Assembly: GCF_026571515.1 (NCBI RefSeq)
Contig: NW_026855127.1
Coordinates: forward strand, 372,001 to 436,000
Reading direction: 5' to 3'
Source of the DNA: Ruditapes philippinarum
Taxonomy: Eukaryota
DNA length: 64,000 nt
Below, one piece after another: positions 25,941 to 37,844 of this stretch (position 1 is its first letter; each line of letters begins with the position of its first letter). The notes below the pieces were generated by a model. The model worked only from the letters and a program-made list of their open reading frames with translations, was not told the DNA's origin and did no database searches. The translations under genes were made by a program, and so were the position numbers.

Positions 25941-26710
25941 TACGGAACAAACCAATACATATTTTACATGATTTTCTTTTGCTTAGACTATTGAATGTTA
26001 AAACTGGTACTTGCTACCAACTTGCATTAAAAACAATGTATTGATTGAACGTCGTTTAGTTTATATACACTAACATGTATCCGAGGAAAACATATAAGTA
26101 AGAAGGCGAGTTCTTCCCCTTTCTTGGGCTCCTAAACCACAAAAAGCAGTTTATTGACAATAAATGTAACTAATATGCATCTCTCGTGACATAAAGAACT
26201 GAGGAAGGAATACTATCATCCAGGATTTTAGCTCGCGCCTATTATTTAAAAGGCAAATTAAAGACTCAACTGAGGTTTTTGACATCACGGGGCTTCAAAT
26301 ATTTTTTAGATTAATTTTACTTTGATGTACATCTAGACTGCACATTTAAATCATTCGATCACTCCAATTTAGAATAATGATTTTAAAAAATTAACCAAAA
26401 ATGAAAAAAATTGAAACGCTTTTTACTCAAATCGGGCTAAATAGCACAAAAAAATCGATTTTCAATTTATTTTTAATTATAATTTGCATATCTTTCCGCC
26501 TTAAATGACCCAATCGCAACTACTCGGCCCTTTCCGTCAGTCTTCGGATAAGGTTATTATAGATAATAGCCGAGGCAGTTCCAAATGTTAAATGACCCAG
26601 ATGATCTATGTAAGAAATTCAAATTTTATACTTGTAGGCGTTTTACTTGCATGTTTTTTATTAAAGTGTGATAATGGATTAAAAAAATAAAAGATGCTTA
26701 CACTAATAGT

Positions 26711-26976
26711 AGGCGTGTCCGTTGCCAAATGGTTAAGGTCGATGACTTCACACCCTTGTTTTTTTATTCCGCTGTGGATTCGGACTTTGGATTCTTTCAT
26801 TTGAGGTAGATATCCAGCTTGCTTATGGAATGTCTGTGGTTCTCAGGTGCCCTTGTGCGAATTATTTCAGGTATAAACAGGCACTTGAGGTCTTCCTCCG
26901 CCAAGTTAAGCTGAAAAATCGCCATTCCATGTACTAGTAAACTATGTTGATGAGTCGTTAAACTCAACCATAAAAC
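26711..26976 (+). mobile_element. tRNA-derived SINE with Meta-type central domain (degenerate)
   Basis: A-box-like GTTGCCAAATGG, B-box-like GGATTCGGA, central TTCTTTCA..TGAGG..TATCCAGCT..GTGGTTCT..AGGTGCCC..GAGGTCTTCCTCC, and CGTTAAAC tail, resembling molluscan MetaSINEs as I recall them. Confidence 0.7.
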
Positions 26977-27244
26977 ATTTTTTGTATTACCTGGAGTAAT
27001 TGTATAACATGGAGTGAGAAAAAAAAGCGTGATATGGTAGCCAATATGTAGAAATGTTTGACTTCAATACAAAATAGTAAATACCGGTAATTATAACTGT
27101 AATTATTGCCCAAATGCAAGAGACACAGACAATGTTTCGATGGTTCAGCTATATAGTAAGTAAAGTGTCGGAAACTGTTAGTGACACTAAAAATATTTGA
27201 AAAAAAAGACATTATTTTTAAGGCTTAAAGGGTTTTTAATATGT

Positions 27245-28257
27245 ATTATTATAGGGTTAACGCACGTTTTTCCGTGTTATAACGTCTGCAGAGTCCCGAG
27301 GAACGGTTGGTGCCCGAGCCCGGTAGGGCGAGGGCTCCAACAGTTCCGAGGGACTCTGCAGACTTTATAACACGAAATAAACGTGCGTTGACGCTATTAT
27401 AGCATACAATTTTCAAACAGATTCGTGATGTATAGTTTATACAAAACACAATTACATTAAAGTCTTGTGCTTGGACGGTATTTATCCAATTCTATGTTTT
27501 ACGTATGCGTTTCATTTTTCCGGGGCCAACAACTTGGAAAATTCTCGGAACCGAACGAAATTTTGAATTTTAATTGATTTAACAAAGCTTGGCCTTTGGA
27601 GATTTATTATCTCAAGAAAAAAACGTTACATTACTCTACCCTCTACCCAAGACAAAACATGACCCTCAGAAATTCTTAGAATGATTCAGATTGACGGTAG
27701 AAAAAAGATCAGTGACATCAGAATCGGTTTTTTTTTCAAGCAAACAAGTTTATAAAAAAATCAGGCACTAAGCATTAGATCTATTCTCTCAAAGAAATAT
27801 AAAGAGCATTTATCAACATTAACATAAATAAAAAACATTTTCTCATATTAATTTTGTGTTAGATCTATCTAGTTTTGTAAGTTAATCGGAGTGTTAAACT
27901 GAATGACAGGTAGATTCTACTTTATTTGTTTACATTGACAACTGTCCGTTTCTTAGAAAGGGCGACAACCAAGATTAGCACCGATGTCTATACGCCGTTT
28001 TTCCGGCATAGTTAATTGAATATGCGACTGAGGCCCTCGAATCAATCAATTTCAATATGACAAGAGCGCATGACTCTTCGGCAAACAGGCCAAATCGTCA
28101 TTTTTTGTTTGTTTGTTTACTGGGCCCTGTATGTATTGCGCATAGGTGAAACCGGGCTATAACAAGAGCGCGTGACTATGTTAACACATGGTTTTGGTCC
28201 CGTTATAACATGGGCAAAAGAGGGGAAAATAGCCGATTTTATGCTAAAATAATAAAT
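27245..28257. mobile_element. Second hairpin-headed non-autonomous element (tentatively Crypton-like)
   Basis: ~147-bp hairpin 27251-27397 around CCCGAGCCCGGTAGGGCGAGGG; TATTATAGCATA (27395) pairs with terminal TATGCTA(A/T)AATA (28240); absent at the paralogous site ~3207. Confidence 0.75.
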
Positions 28258-28375
28258 AAGTTCGATGCTTAGACTTTTATATTTCCTTCTCAAGACATTA
28301 ACGATAAAATTATACATTTATTGTGTGCGTGCGATTATGTCGCATCTAAGTTGTTACTCATTTTACCTGCCCTAT

Positions 28376-28588
28376 AACCGCCTCCGTGGTCAAGGGGATA
28401 GAGTCGATGACTTATAATCCAGTTACCTCTCTGGCGTGGGTTCAATCCCCGGGAGATGCTTTAGTAGTTTAGCGCAGAGGAAGGTAGTTTAGTACTGGTG
28501 TAACTCTCCAGGAACGATAGTTAGGAAAATACCCGCCTATATGACTGTAATACTGTTGGGAAAAGGTGTAAAATGAAACAAACAAAAC
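28376..28588 (+). mobile_element. tRNA-derived SINE with target-site duplication
   Basis: A-box TGGTCAAGGGG, B-box GGTTCAATCCC, (AAAC)n tail; TSD CATTTTACCT(G/T)CCC on both sides; empty site at ~3417 and ~12458. Near-identical copies at 39737-39949 (+) and 41729-41940 (-). Confidence 0.88.
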
Positions 28589-28899
28589 ATTTTACCTTCC
28601 CATGTTTGTTTTGGAGTAAAGTAGACCTCCCTAAAGACAATTAAGGTAGCCTTGATATCCTCAAGTGTTTTGAAAGACCAACACTGTCTTAGAAAGAATG
28701 GCTGAAAAATAAAATATTTCCTTACGGAAAGGCAATTTTCCGCTTATTTCAAAACATATGTATGAACCAATGGTTTATGTAATACATATACATTTATATG
28801 AATTGAAAATACTGCACTTAAGTGACCTTGCTTTTCATTTAACGAGAACATGTTTTTTTATATTTTGCATTATCAAAAGGTCTCCACCTCCTGTTTTTG

Positions 28900-29093
28900 T
28901 TTCTTAGTTCGACTGTGAAGGAAGCTATTCGTTATAGACACACTCGAATCCGTTCCTGGAAGCAACCAGTATTAAGGAATGAGTGTAAAGTTTCTTGCCG
29001 AATGAAACGACGGTTTGCTACTGACGGGGTTCAAATCCACTCGGCTAGATTGTTAGATAACTAATCCGACGCGTTAACCTTGGCCATGCCTCC
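28900..29093 (-). mobile_element. CORE-type tRNA SINE (paralog at 40258-40448)
   Basis: Minus strand: GGCATGGCCAAGG A-box, GGATTTGAACCCC B-box, GGCAAGAAACTTTACACTCATT core. Confidence 0.7.
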
Positions 29094-31757
29094 ACACTCA
29101 CAGCCACACATACCTGCTATTTATGTGTCGATATTGTCACCACTTAGTTGAACCTATAGGCAGTTATATGTATCAAGTAAAAATATTCTATTTATAATTT
29201 CTTTATTTTGATATTTAACTCTAAATGATGTAATTGTTCGAGAAAACACGATGAGGTCATTGTTGATTAGATGTTGATTCGCTGCCCATTTTATACATTT
29301 ATAGATTAATTTACTTAAAGCATAGTTTGATTACAAATGGGCGGCGTCAGGAATAGAACAATAAATTCCAAAAGCAATTTTGATAATTTTGCTAATCATA
29401 ACAAATCTCATTTGAATCATTCAGAGAAAACTGTTTATCTCATATATCTAAAGATGGTCTGAACAAGAATGTTCATTACAAAACATTCATAAAAGTGAAT
29501 TGGTCTATAATAATGGAAGGTCTGTAGACGTACAATAATTATTATGTTGATATATAATTAGTAGACATAACAACATATGAATATTGTTGTAAGTTGTGAA
29601 ATACATCATCCGATATTACATATATTTATATAGCAGATAATTAATTATTCTAGAATAGAATGTTAATTTCCATCATATTAAATGTTAATAATTAATAAAT
29701 AAGAAATTTATCAGCATTTTTTTAGCAATATGTTATATAAGAAAATATATGGTACAGTTTTCATTGTTTTCATCCATATTTGAAACAACTCTGAAAATTT
29801 TGCCTATTGTAGACCTATATACTTTATCCAGTACTTACCTCTGATGGCAAGCATCTTATAATTATGCCTTTAATCAATTATCAAAAATTACCATAAACGC
29901 GTGTTTGCCGATTCTAAAGATGAAAAACAACAAAAATCTTTTGTTACGGATATTTTTGTTCAGAGCGTGACATTCGTATTTAAGCATCTTGATTAATAAA
30001 CAAACAATTATTTTTTCGTCTACGGAAACATAATTAAGATTCTTCATTAAAACTAACTGAATGAGAACCATAGTTATCATCTCTGTGAAGGCAAGGTGAT
30101 GACAAAAACAGAAACATCATTATGATGTTATCAATAGACTTCAACGAACCTTCTTGGGAACGTCCTTTTACATTTGTTATTTCTTAATGAATTGACATGC
30201 TGTTTAATGAAAGAAGACAAATACGGATCGAAGATGCGGAATACAATTATACAGTTTATACAGCCCCCCCCCCCCCCGAAACAGCAACCTCATCGTGTAT
30301 ATTCGGTAATATAGGAATGTAAAAATACGTAGGGATATTATCTGAAAAGTAATGACGAATATGTTCATAATCTATTGAGGAAATTAGCAACATTTTTACA
30401 AAAAAAAAACGTACAATATATTTTATAGTTAATTAAATTGAAAGATGGACATGCGAATACGGCTGTTAGGACATTAAGTGATAAACCCTCATTACAAATA
30501 TTTCAAGTAAAGCGGTTGCATTAGTCTGTTAAGACATTAAATATTTTAATCTTTATTACAAATATTTCAACGAAAGCGGTTGTTTTTCAGTATCATTTTG
30601 AATGGCTGGCCACCTGGTTACCATATTGTCAAATTGAATGCGACTTTATAAATTCCGTCGAAATCAACTTGTACAATTTCTTACATAATTCATTTAATCT
30701 TTTAAACTTGGCGATTAAAACTGCATTTGGACATGTTAATATACTACACTTTTTTCAATCTATTACTTTGTTTTTCACGTCACTAATTTGTTTTTCAGTG
30801 CAAACTCTGTTGGGCAAATAAGCTTTTAATCAGTAATCAGTTCTTCCGAAAGATAGACTTCAAAACAATTTTACTTCTGATGAGCCATTACTCTCAACAA
30901 CAACAAACGCTTTGTGTTTCCAAGGTGGTTGCTATGGAAAGGCTTGTATGGTTGCTTTAAAAACAGTCTTTTTAGCATAATAAAATACTCGCATGAGGGA
31001 AAATAACTTTGCAATATAAATTCAAGCGGTACAATACATTCATTATATTAAACTCATGGAATATTAACTGCCAATATATAACGAGTCAACCACTGATGAT
31101 TCGCCCAATAAAGACTCGGCCACTTTTTGACAATTCATCCCATTTTGATGACAACCCGCCCAACGTTAGTGACGATTTACCTCACCTTATATTAAACTCT
31201 TTTTTTAAATTCATTTGGATTTATAAAAATCAATTTCATTTCGAAAGGAGCATGCAAATACTTATGTAAGAACACATCAATATGACTTGTTTGTCAAAGT
31301 ATTTGCTACAAGCCCAGGTCTTTAAATAAAAATGTGTTATCGTTGACATACCTTTATATTAACGATGTTCTCACCAGCTCGTATATAGAAGGCTGCAGAG
31401 TATAAAAAGACACCTAATATACGATCCCAGTTGCCCTTTACACATGTTGATGATGACTTTGCTATTTCTTTTTCGATATGTACAGAAATAAGCATTCAAG
31501 TACACAATTTCGAAACCAAGTTTCTTACGAACAATGTGTGAGGAGGGAAAAGGCTTTTACAAAGCCGATCCCCTCCGTGCACTTTGTCCAAAAATTTATG
31601 AGCACGCAACCATGGGTTATGAACGGCATGCCCTATCATGATCAGATATTTGTCTCAGCTGTATCTTCCTGTGTAAGAAAATATTTTAAAAAATCTTCGA
31701 TTCATTTCTGGTAGTTTCTAATAAGCAAAGCAACATATAGATGATTAAACATATTAA

Positions 31758-32105
31758 AGGATTTTCCACGGAGGACCAAACGCCTAGCTATAAAATAAAA
31801 ATTTGAATTTCTTACAGAGATCAGCTGGGGCACTAAAAACAGAAAGATGTACAAAAGATATTAAGATATATATTCAAAACTAAATTGAAATAAATTGTAT
31901 TTTTTTTGTTTTGTATTGTGCAACACCTTTCCATTTTGGTCATGTCTTATAATTAGAATAATTATTTGGAAAAATACCGTGGGCAAATGATCTAAAATGT
32001 TGGACAACAAGCTTTTTGTCTAGACCTACATCAAACGGAACATAAATCTCGAAAAAATATTTTCAGTCCCGACATGTCAAAAAAAACAAACTCATTGGAG
32101 TCCCT
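31758..32105. mobile_element. Kolobok-like MITE (duplicate at 63433-63768)
   Basis: TTAA-AGGATTCTCCACTGAG...CTCAGTGGAGTCCT-TTAA, clearest in the 63.4-kb copy. Confidence 0.7.
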
Positions 32106-32639
32106 TTAATAGACAACAACTACAAGTTCACACTGTTGCTATATAACTTTGAAAATATCAAATTTAAAAATATTATCTTCTGCTCATGTTTTTTTTTATT
32201 TATGCTGCTAGTTTACGTTCCATGCTAGCAACATATTTGTTACTAAATAGATACTCATTTGTTCCGATATAAAAAATAACCATAAATATTTAAAATGAAA
32301 ACAGTGTGGTGATGAAAAATCAATATTTGAAACTTTAACGGGGCTCCACTGAGGGTTTTTTGTCACAACGGAGCTTTTGTACAATTTGATGGAAGTCTGA
32401 ACAAATGGCTTTATGTGAAATTCTAAACCATTCCCTTACCAAAATAATCCTTTTAACTGTGCGCTCATCACTCAAACCGGGTTAAGAATATCAAAAAAAC
32501 AAATAATTTTAATTCTGAGGAGTACATTTCTTTATTTTCCTTTGCAGATTTTTCCCTATTTTAAGTGCTATCTGTGAAAACTTTATAAGTTTCTAGTCAC
32601 CGATGCTTAATTATGATAAAAATGTGTTTCAGCAGCATG

Positions 32640-34085
32640 TTGTTTACTCTGATATTCTTCTAGATCTGTCCCTTTGAATCTTAATTAATTATCTATATAT
32701 GATATTCTATATTCATCAACACGGTCCCAGAACTCTTAATGAAATAGGTAGCTATTTAGACATATCAAAAGAAAAGCAAAAAATTTGAAGTTGTTGAGTG
32801 AATGATAATACTACTTTTATTAAAAATAAAATCTTTATGAAATAAGAAAATAAAAGAAAATTTATGTTCTCTGTCTCACTAATATGGATAAAAGAAAAGG
32901 TAAGGAAGGGAATGTAACGAAATGACATGAAAGAAAAGAAATGAAAGAGAAAGGAAAGGAGAGGAAAGAAACGAAAAGAAACGAAAGAAAAGAAAAGAAA
33001 AAAAGGAAAGGAAGTAAGGAAAGAAAGGAAAATTAAATTAAAATGTCAAAAATATCATTGACACGTGCTTAAAACTTTTAGATCATACGTCAAGGGTCAG
33101 TTAGCAAGATACAGTTGGAAAATATATGTTTTAACACTATAGAACAGTGTTGTGTGAAGGTGAATAATCATTCAGAGTTGTGGCAAACAAATTTTCTTTG
33201 GTTATCTCCCTTGAAATGTACTAACCATAATAATATTTCTAATTTTCTCACGACACAAACAATATTTTTTCTTTCCGACAATTTAATTTTCATTAGAAGT
33301 AACAAAAAAGAAATCAATACAAATGAAGCGTACCGAGATTTTGATCAATATTATATTGAGTTTGTTCTAATTTATTTTAGTTTGATTTTTTATTTTCTAA
33401 TTATTAAATGGTCAGCACACATATTGTTTACTCTGATTTACTTCTGTCGCTTTGAATCTTAGTTGGTTATCTATATATACTATATTCTATATTCATCAGC
33501 ACGGTCCCAGAACTCTTAATGAAATGGGTAGCTAATTGGTTATATCAAAAAGAAAGGCAAAAAATACGAAGTGGCTAGGTGACTGATAATATCATTTTAT
33601 TAAAGATAAAATCTTCTTGAAACAACAAAATAAAAGAAAATTAATCTTCCCTGCTTCACTTATATGGATAAAAGGAAAGGAAAGGAATGAAATGAAACGA
33701 AAGGAAAAGAAAGAAGAGGAAAGAAACGAAAAGAAATGAAAGGAAAGAAAAGAAAAGAAAAAGAAAGAAAAAGTAAGGAAAAGTAAGGAAGAAAAGGATA
33801 GGGAAATGAAAATTAAAATATCTAAACTGTTAGAAGCTTTAGGTCATAAGATACAGTCAGAAAATATTTAAAAAATTAACGCCTGAGGACATTGTTGAGT
33901 AAAGATGAATAATCATTCAAGATTTTGGCAAGAAATTTTTCTATGGTTATCTCCCTTGAAACATATTATAATAATATTTCTACTTTACTCACTTATTCTT
34001 TCCAACAATATCACAATGTCACAAAAAGTAACAAAAGGAAATCAATACAAATGCTGCGTACCGAGATCTTAATCAATATTTATTT
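32640..34085. repeat. Local tandem duplication (~780-bp period) containing (AAAGG/AAAGA)n purine tracts
   Basis: 32640-33380 is colinear with 33420-34085. Confidence 0.8.
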
Positions 34086-34280
34086 AGTTTGTACTAATCA
34101 ATTTTAGTTCGATTGTGTTGCTGTAAGCTTCTTAAAATACTCAAATCCGTTCCAGTTATCAATGAGTCCTATGTTTCTTGCTCACGGAAACAATAGCTTG
34201 CCCCTAACTTGGTTTGAACCCAGGTGACCAGCAATCCTTAGATTACTAGTCCGACGTGTTAATCACTCGGCCCCGCCTCT
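34085..34280 (-). mobile_element. CORE-type tRNA SINE (mirror copy 47387-47585 +)
   Basis: GGGGCCGAGTG A-box, GGTTCAAACC B-box, AAACT tail; possible TSD TAATCAATA. Confidence 0.7.
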
Positions 34281-34388
34281 CAATAATCAATAATTTAATT
34301 AAACAACTAAAGTTCAACCTCTGCAAAGCCTCAACCTTTGGGTTCTAGAAAGGTTTGACTTCTCTCGTTCTGGAAAGGTTTGACTTCT

Positions 34389-34883
34389 TCAGAAGCCTTG
34401 TTTTTTGGGAATAATTCTTGCTGTTCTTGATGTTGTTGAACAGGTATTTGCTCTACAATGATTCCTTCTGCAGGAATACCTTGTATTTATACTACTGCCA
34501 TAATTTTGAGATCTTCTATTTGGATAAAGAATTATATTAGGTCGAAGTGAATTATTACATAATGGCACTAATGGCACCCTGAAACAACAACATTGTGGTG
34601 TATTACAGACTCGGTCGGATTTAACTTCGTCATAAAACAGCATGCAAAGTTCGGCATCTTTTACGCAACCTAGGATCGCCTTTATCAGGGTTAAGTCTTC
34701 AATACTCACGCCAGCTTGGACAGCTTTATGCAGTATTGAGTCTTCAACACTTTAATGGACATTTTGCCTCATAAGTGGAACAATTTTATTCACGAGAATA
34801 GGCAAACATGTGTTAAGTAATGTTTCGATAATGGATTCAAAGCATATTAGAAGTTTATCACCTAAAGAAGTTATTTTACGCAT
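34389..34883 (-). pseudogene. Possible decayed LINE ORF1-like fragment (mirror 46786-47280)
   Basis: Near-open helical frame (MRKITSLGDKLLICFESIIETLLNTCLPILV...) and a frameshifted EDL-YG-N-R-IP stretch reminiscent of the EQYxRRxNxRIxGIPE ORF1 motif; stops present. Confidence 0.3.
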
Positions 34884-35004
34884 AACTTTTTATTCTATTG
34901 TGAATGTATTTATTTTGTATATTTCATAGTGATGATCTTGATGTGTTGCTATACCGTCAGTTGGTTCCATTGACTGTAAAGGCGAGGCTATCAGGTAAAT
35001 GGAC

Positions 35005-37227
35005 AGTAGACAGTAGCAGGAAAGCAGTAGGAAAAGTGAAGTGTAAATAAGCAGTAGCACAGCAGTAGGAAAATTATAAAACGTGAAATTGGCAGTAGCT
35101 GTAGCAAAGCAGTGGCAGTAGTTTTAGCAGTAGCACAGCAGTAGCAGTAGCAAAACAAGAAATGTCAAACGACACATATGCTCCCCCCTTTCTAGCCCTT
35201 GACTCACATTATTGGTAATTGTTTTTATTGAAACTTGCCATGAATGGGTACATGGAAGTGTTCAGTTATGGAAAAAAGAAAAATAATGAAGACTTTGTTA
35301 TAAACAGTTTTCAAGATAATGAGACATTTAAGGCCCCTGTGACCTTTGAACTAGTGACCAGAAATCAAAAGGGGTCATTTAATTGTTATGACCAATCAAT
35401 ATACGTAATATGAAGACTTTATGATAAATAGCTTTCAAGATAATGAGCGGCAAACATACTAACATTTAAGAACCCTGTGACCTTGACCTTAGACCTAGTG
35501 ACCCAAAATTCAATAAGGGTCACTTTCTAATTATGACCAATCAGTATGTAAAATATGAAGGCTTTGTGATAGTTTTCAAGATAATAAGAACAAACCATTC
35601 TGACATTTAAGGCACCTGTGCCTTTAATCTAGTGACCAAAAAAGCAATACAGATCATTTGTTGGAAATGAACAATCACTATGTGAAATATGAGGACTTTC
35701 TGATAAATATCTTTCAAGATGAGCTAAAACAATATTACCATCATTCAAAGACCCTGTTACCTTGACCTTTGACCTGGTGACCCAAAATCAACAGGGGCCA
35801 TCTACTAATTATGACCAATCAATACGTGAAGTATGTAGACTTTGTGATGAATACTTTTCAAGATAATCAGCGGAAACCATTCTGACATTTAAGGTCCCTC
35901 TGACCTTGACCTTTGACCTAGTGACCCAAAATCAATAGGGGTCATCTACTAGATATGACCAATCAATATGTGAAATGAAGACTTTGTGATGAATACTTTG
36001 CAAGATATTCAGCGGAAACCATTTTGACATTTAAGGCCCTGTGACCTTGACCTTTGATCTAGTGACCCAATAATCAAGAGGGATCATCTTCTAGTTATGA
36101 CCAATCAATTTGTGAAATATGAAGACTTTGCAATGAATTGTAATCAAGATAATGAGCGGAAACCATTCTGATATTTGAGGCCCCTGCACCCTTGACCTTT
36201 GACCTAATTACCCCAAAATCAACAGGTGTCATCTACTAGTTATGAACAATTAATTTGTGAATATGAAGACTTTGTGATGAATACTTTGCAAGATAATCAG
36301 CTGAAACCATTTTCACATTTAAGGCCCCTGTGACCTTGACCTTTGACCTAGTGACCCCAAAATCAGGAGGGATCATCTTTTAGTTATGACCAATCAATTT
36401 GTGAAATATGAAGACTTTGCAATGAATTGTAATCAAGATAATGAGCGGAAACCATTCTGATAGTTCATGCCCCTGCGACCTTGACCTTTGACCTTATAAC
36501 CCCAAAATAAACAGGTGTCATCTATTAGTTATGAACAATCAATTTGTGAATATGAAGACTTTGTGATGAATACTTTGCAAGAAAATCAGCGGGAAATCAT
36601 TCTGTCAATTAAGGCCCCTGTGACATTGACCTTTGACCTAGTAACCCCAACATTAATAGGGGTCATCTACTTGTTATGACCAATTAATATGTAAAATATG
36701 AATACTTTGTGATGAATATTTTGCAAGATAATCAGCGGAAACCATTTTGACATTAAAGGCCCCTGTGACCTTTACCTTTAATTTACTGACTCCAAAATCA
36801 ATAGGGGTCATCTTCTAGTTATGACCAATCACTATGTGAAATATGAAGACTCTGTTATAAATAATTTTCAATAAAATCAGCGGAAACTATGTGGTCTACC
36901 AACGGACAGACCGACGGACCGACAAACCGACATTAGCAAAACAATATAGCCCCTCTTCTTCGAAGGGGGGCATAATTATAAAACATGAAATTGGCAGTAG
37001 CAGAAGCAGTAGCAAAAATATATAATGTGAAATTGGCAGAAGCAGTAGCTCAACGGTAGCAGTAGTTTTAGCAGGCAGCAGCAAAACAGAAGCACAGGAG
37101 TAGCAGTAGCACAGCAGTAGCATTTGCACAGCTGTAGCATTAGCACATCAGTAGCAATAGCATAGTAGTAGCAGTAGCACAGCAGTAGTAGTAGCACAGC
37201 AGTAGCAGTAGCACAGCAGTAGCAGTA
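35005..37227. repeat. (GCAGTA/GCACA)n degenerate microsatellite split by the HINE insertion
   Basis: GCAGTA-rich tracts at 35005-35153 and 36990-37227; mirrored at 44444-44672 and 46517-46665. Confidence 0.85.
35154..36975 (+). mobile_element. HINE / Helentron-type non-autonomous element with 11 internal ~142-bp tandem repeats
   Basis: 5' AACAAGA...ATGCTCCCCC; core repeats with TGACCTTGACCTTTGACCTAGTGACCC; (GACG/GACC)n microsatellite; terminal hairpin CCCCTCTTCTTCGAAGGGGGG-CATAA; inserted in an A-run without TSD. Confidence 0.85.
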
Positions 37228-37844
37228 TGTCAACTGTGTCGTTAATCGAACTTTGTGGACATTTTTGTATTATTATGAGTAATAAATAGAGACGAAAATA
37301 TGTCTGCTTATTGTAGTGTCATCTTTACTGAAAGGTCCAGTCATTTTTAGTTATATTTTGACTTGCGTATTATTATAACTTTTTTATTTCCTTTAGATTT
37401 TCATATTTACTTTGATATATAACATATATACTTAATCATTCCAAACATGTCCTCACAGTTTCGTTTTACTTGCTGTGTCAGTGTCGCTATCATTGCCGCG
37501 TGTATATAGACTGGCAATCATTTCAGTGGAAAAAGTAACAACATCGCAAAATGGAACAAAAACTAGGTAAATAAGGGACTAGATGGTCTCGGACCACATA
37601 CCTTTTGCGTAAATATTCTGCTATTGATCCGCGATAAAGAAAATACACCTAAATACTTTTGATACAGTGTAAAAAGCAATATATATCCTCTTATGGTAAT
37701 GATGCTTTTCACATTGGAGACAAAATATAAATCAAATACCTCGAAGGACCTGTAAAATATAAGACGGGTATCCCGGCACAATTTGCCTTCAAGATTGATA
37801 CACCAATCCATCTCACAGTGCAGCCAGTACTATAATATAACAAA

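Larger units (their letters stand above)
23221..34085. repeat. Segmental repeat unit D (gene-bearing, more diverged, many insertions)
   Basis: Blocks match unit B in order: 23230~8515, 24724~10370, 27000~11400, 28900~12835, 29870~13790, 31240~15270, 33050~16170. Confidence 0.85.

Noticed and set aside
28376-28455. tRNA gene
   Set aside because: A and B boxes are present but there is no convincing cloverleaf; it continues into a SINE body with tail and TSD.
35330-36890. Regularly spaced TGACCTTGACCTTTGACCTAGTGACCC motifs as a CRISPR array
   Set aside because: The intervening sequences are homologous to each other (whole ~142-bp monomers), there are no cas genes, and the context is a eukaryotic HINE.
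36896-37233. Cys/Leu-rich ORFs (and mirrors at 44438-44769)
   Set aside because: Translations of the GCAGTA microsatellite and the HINE end.
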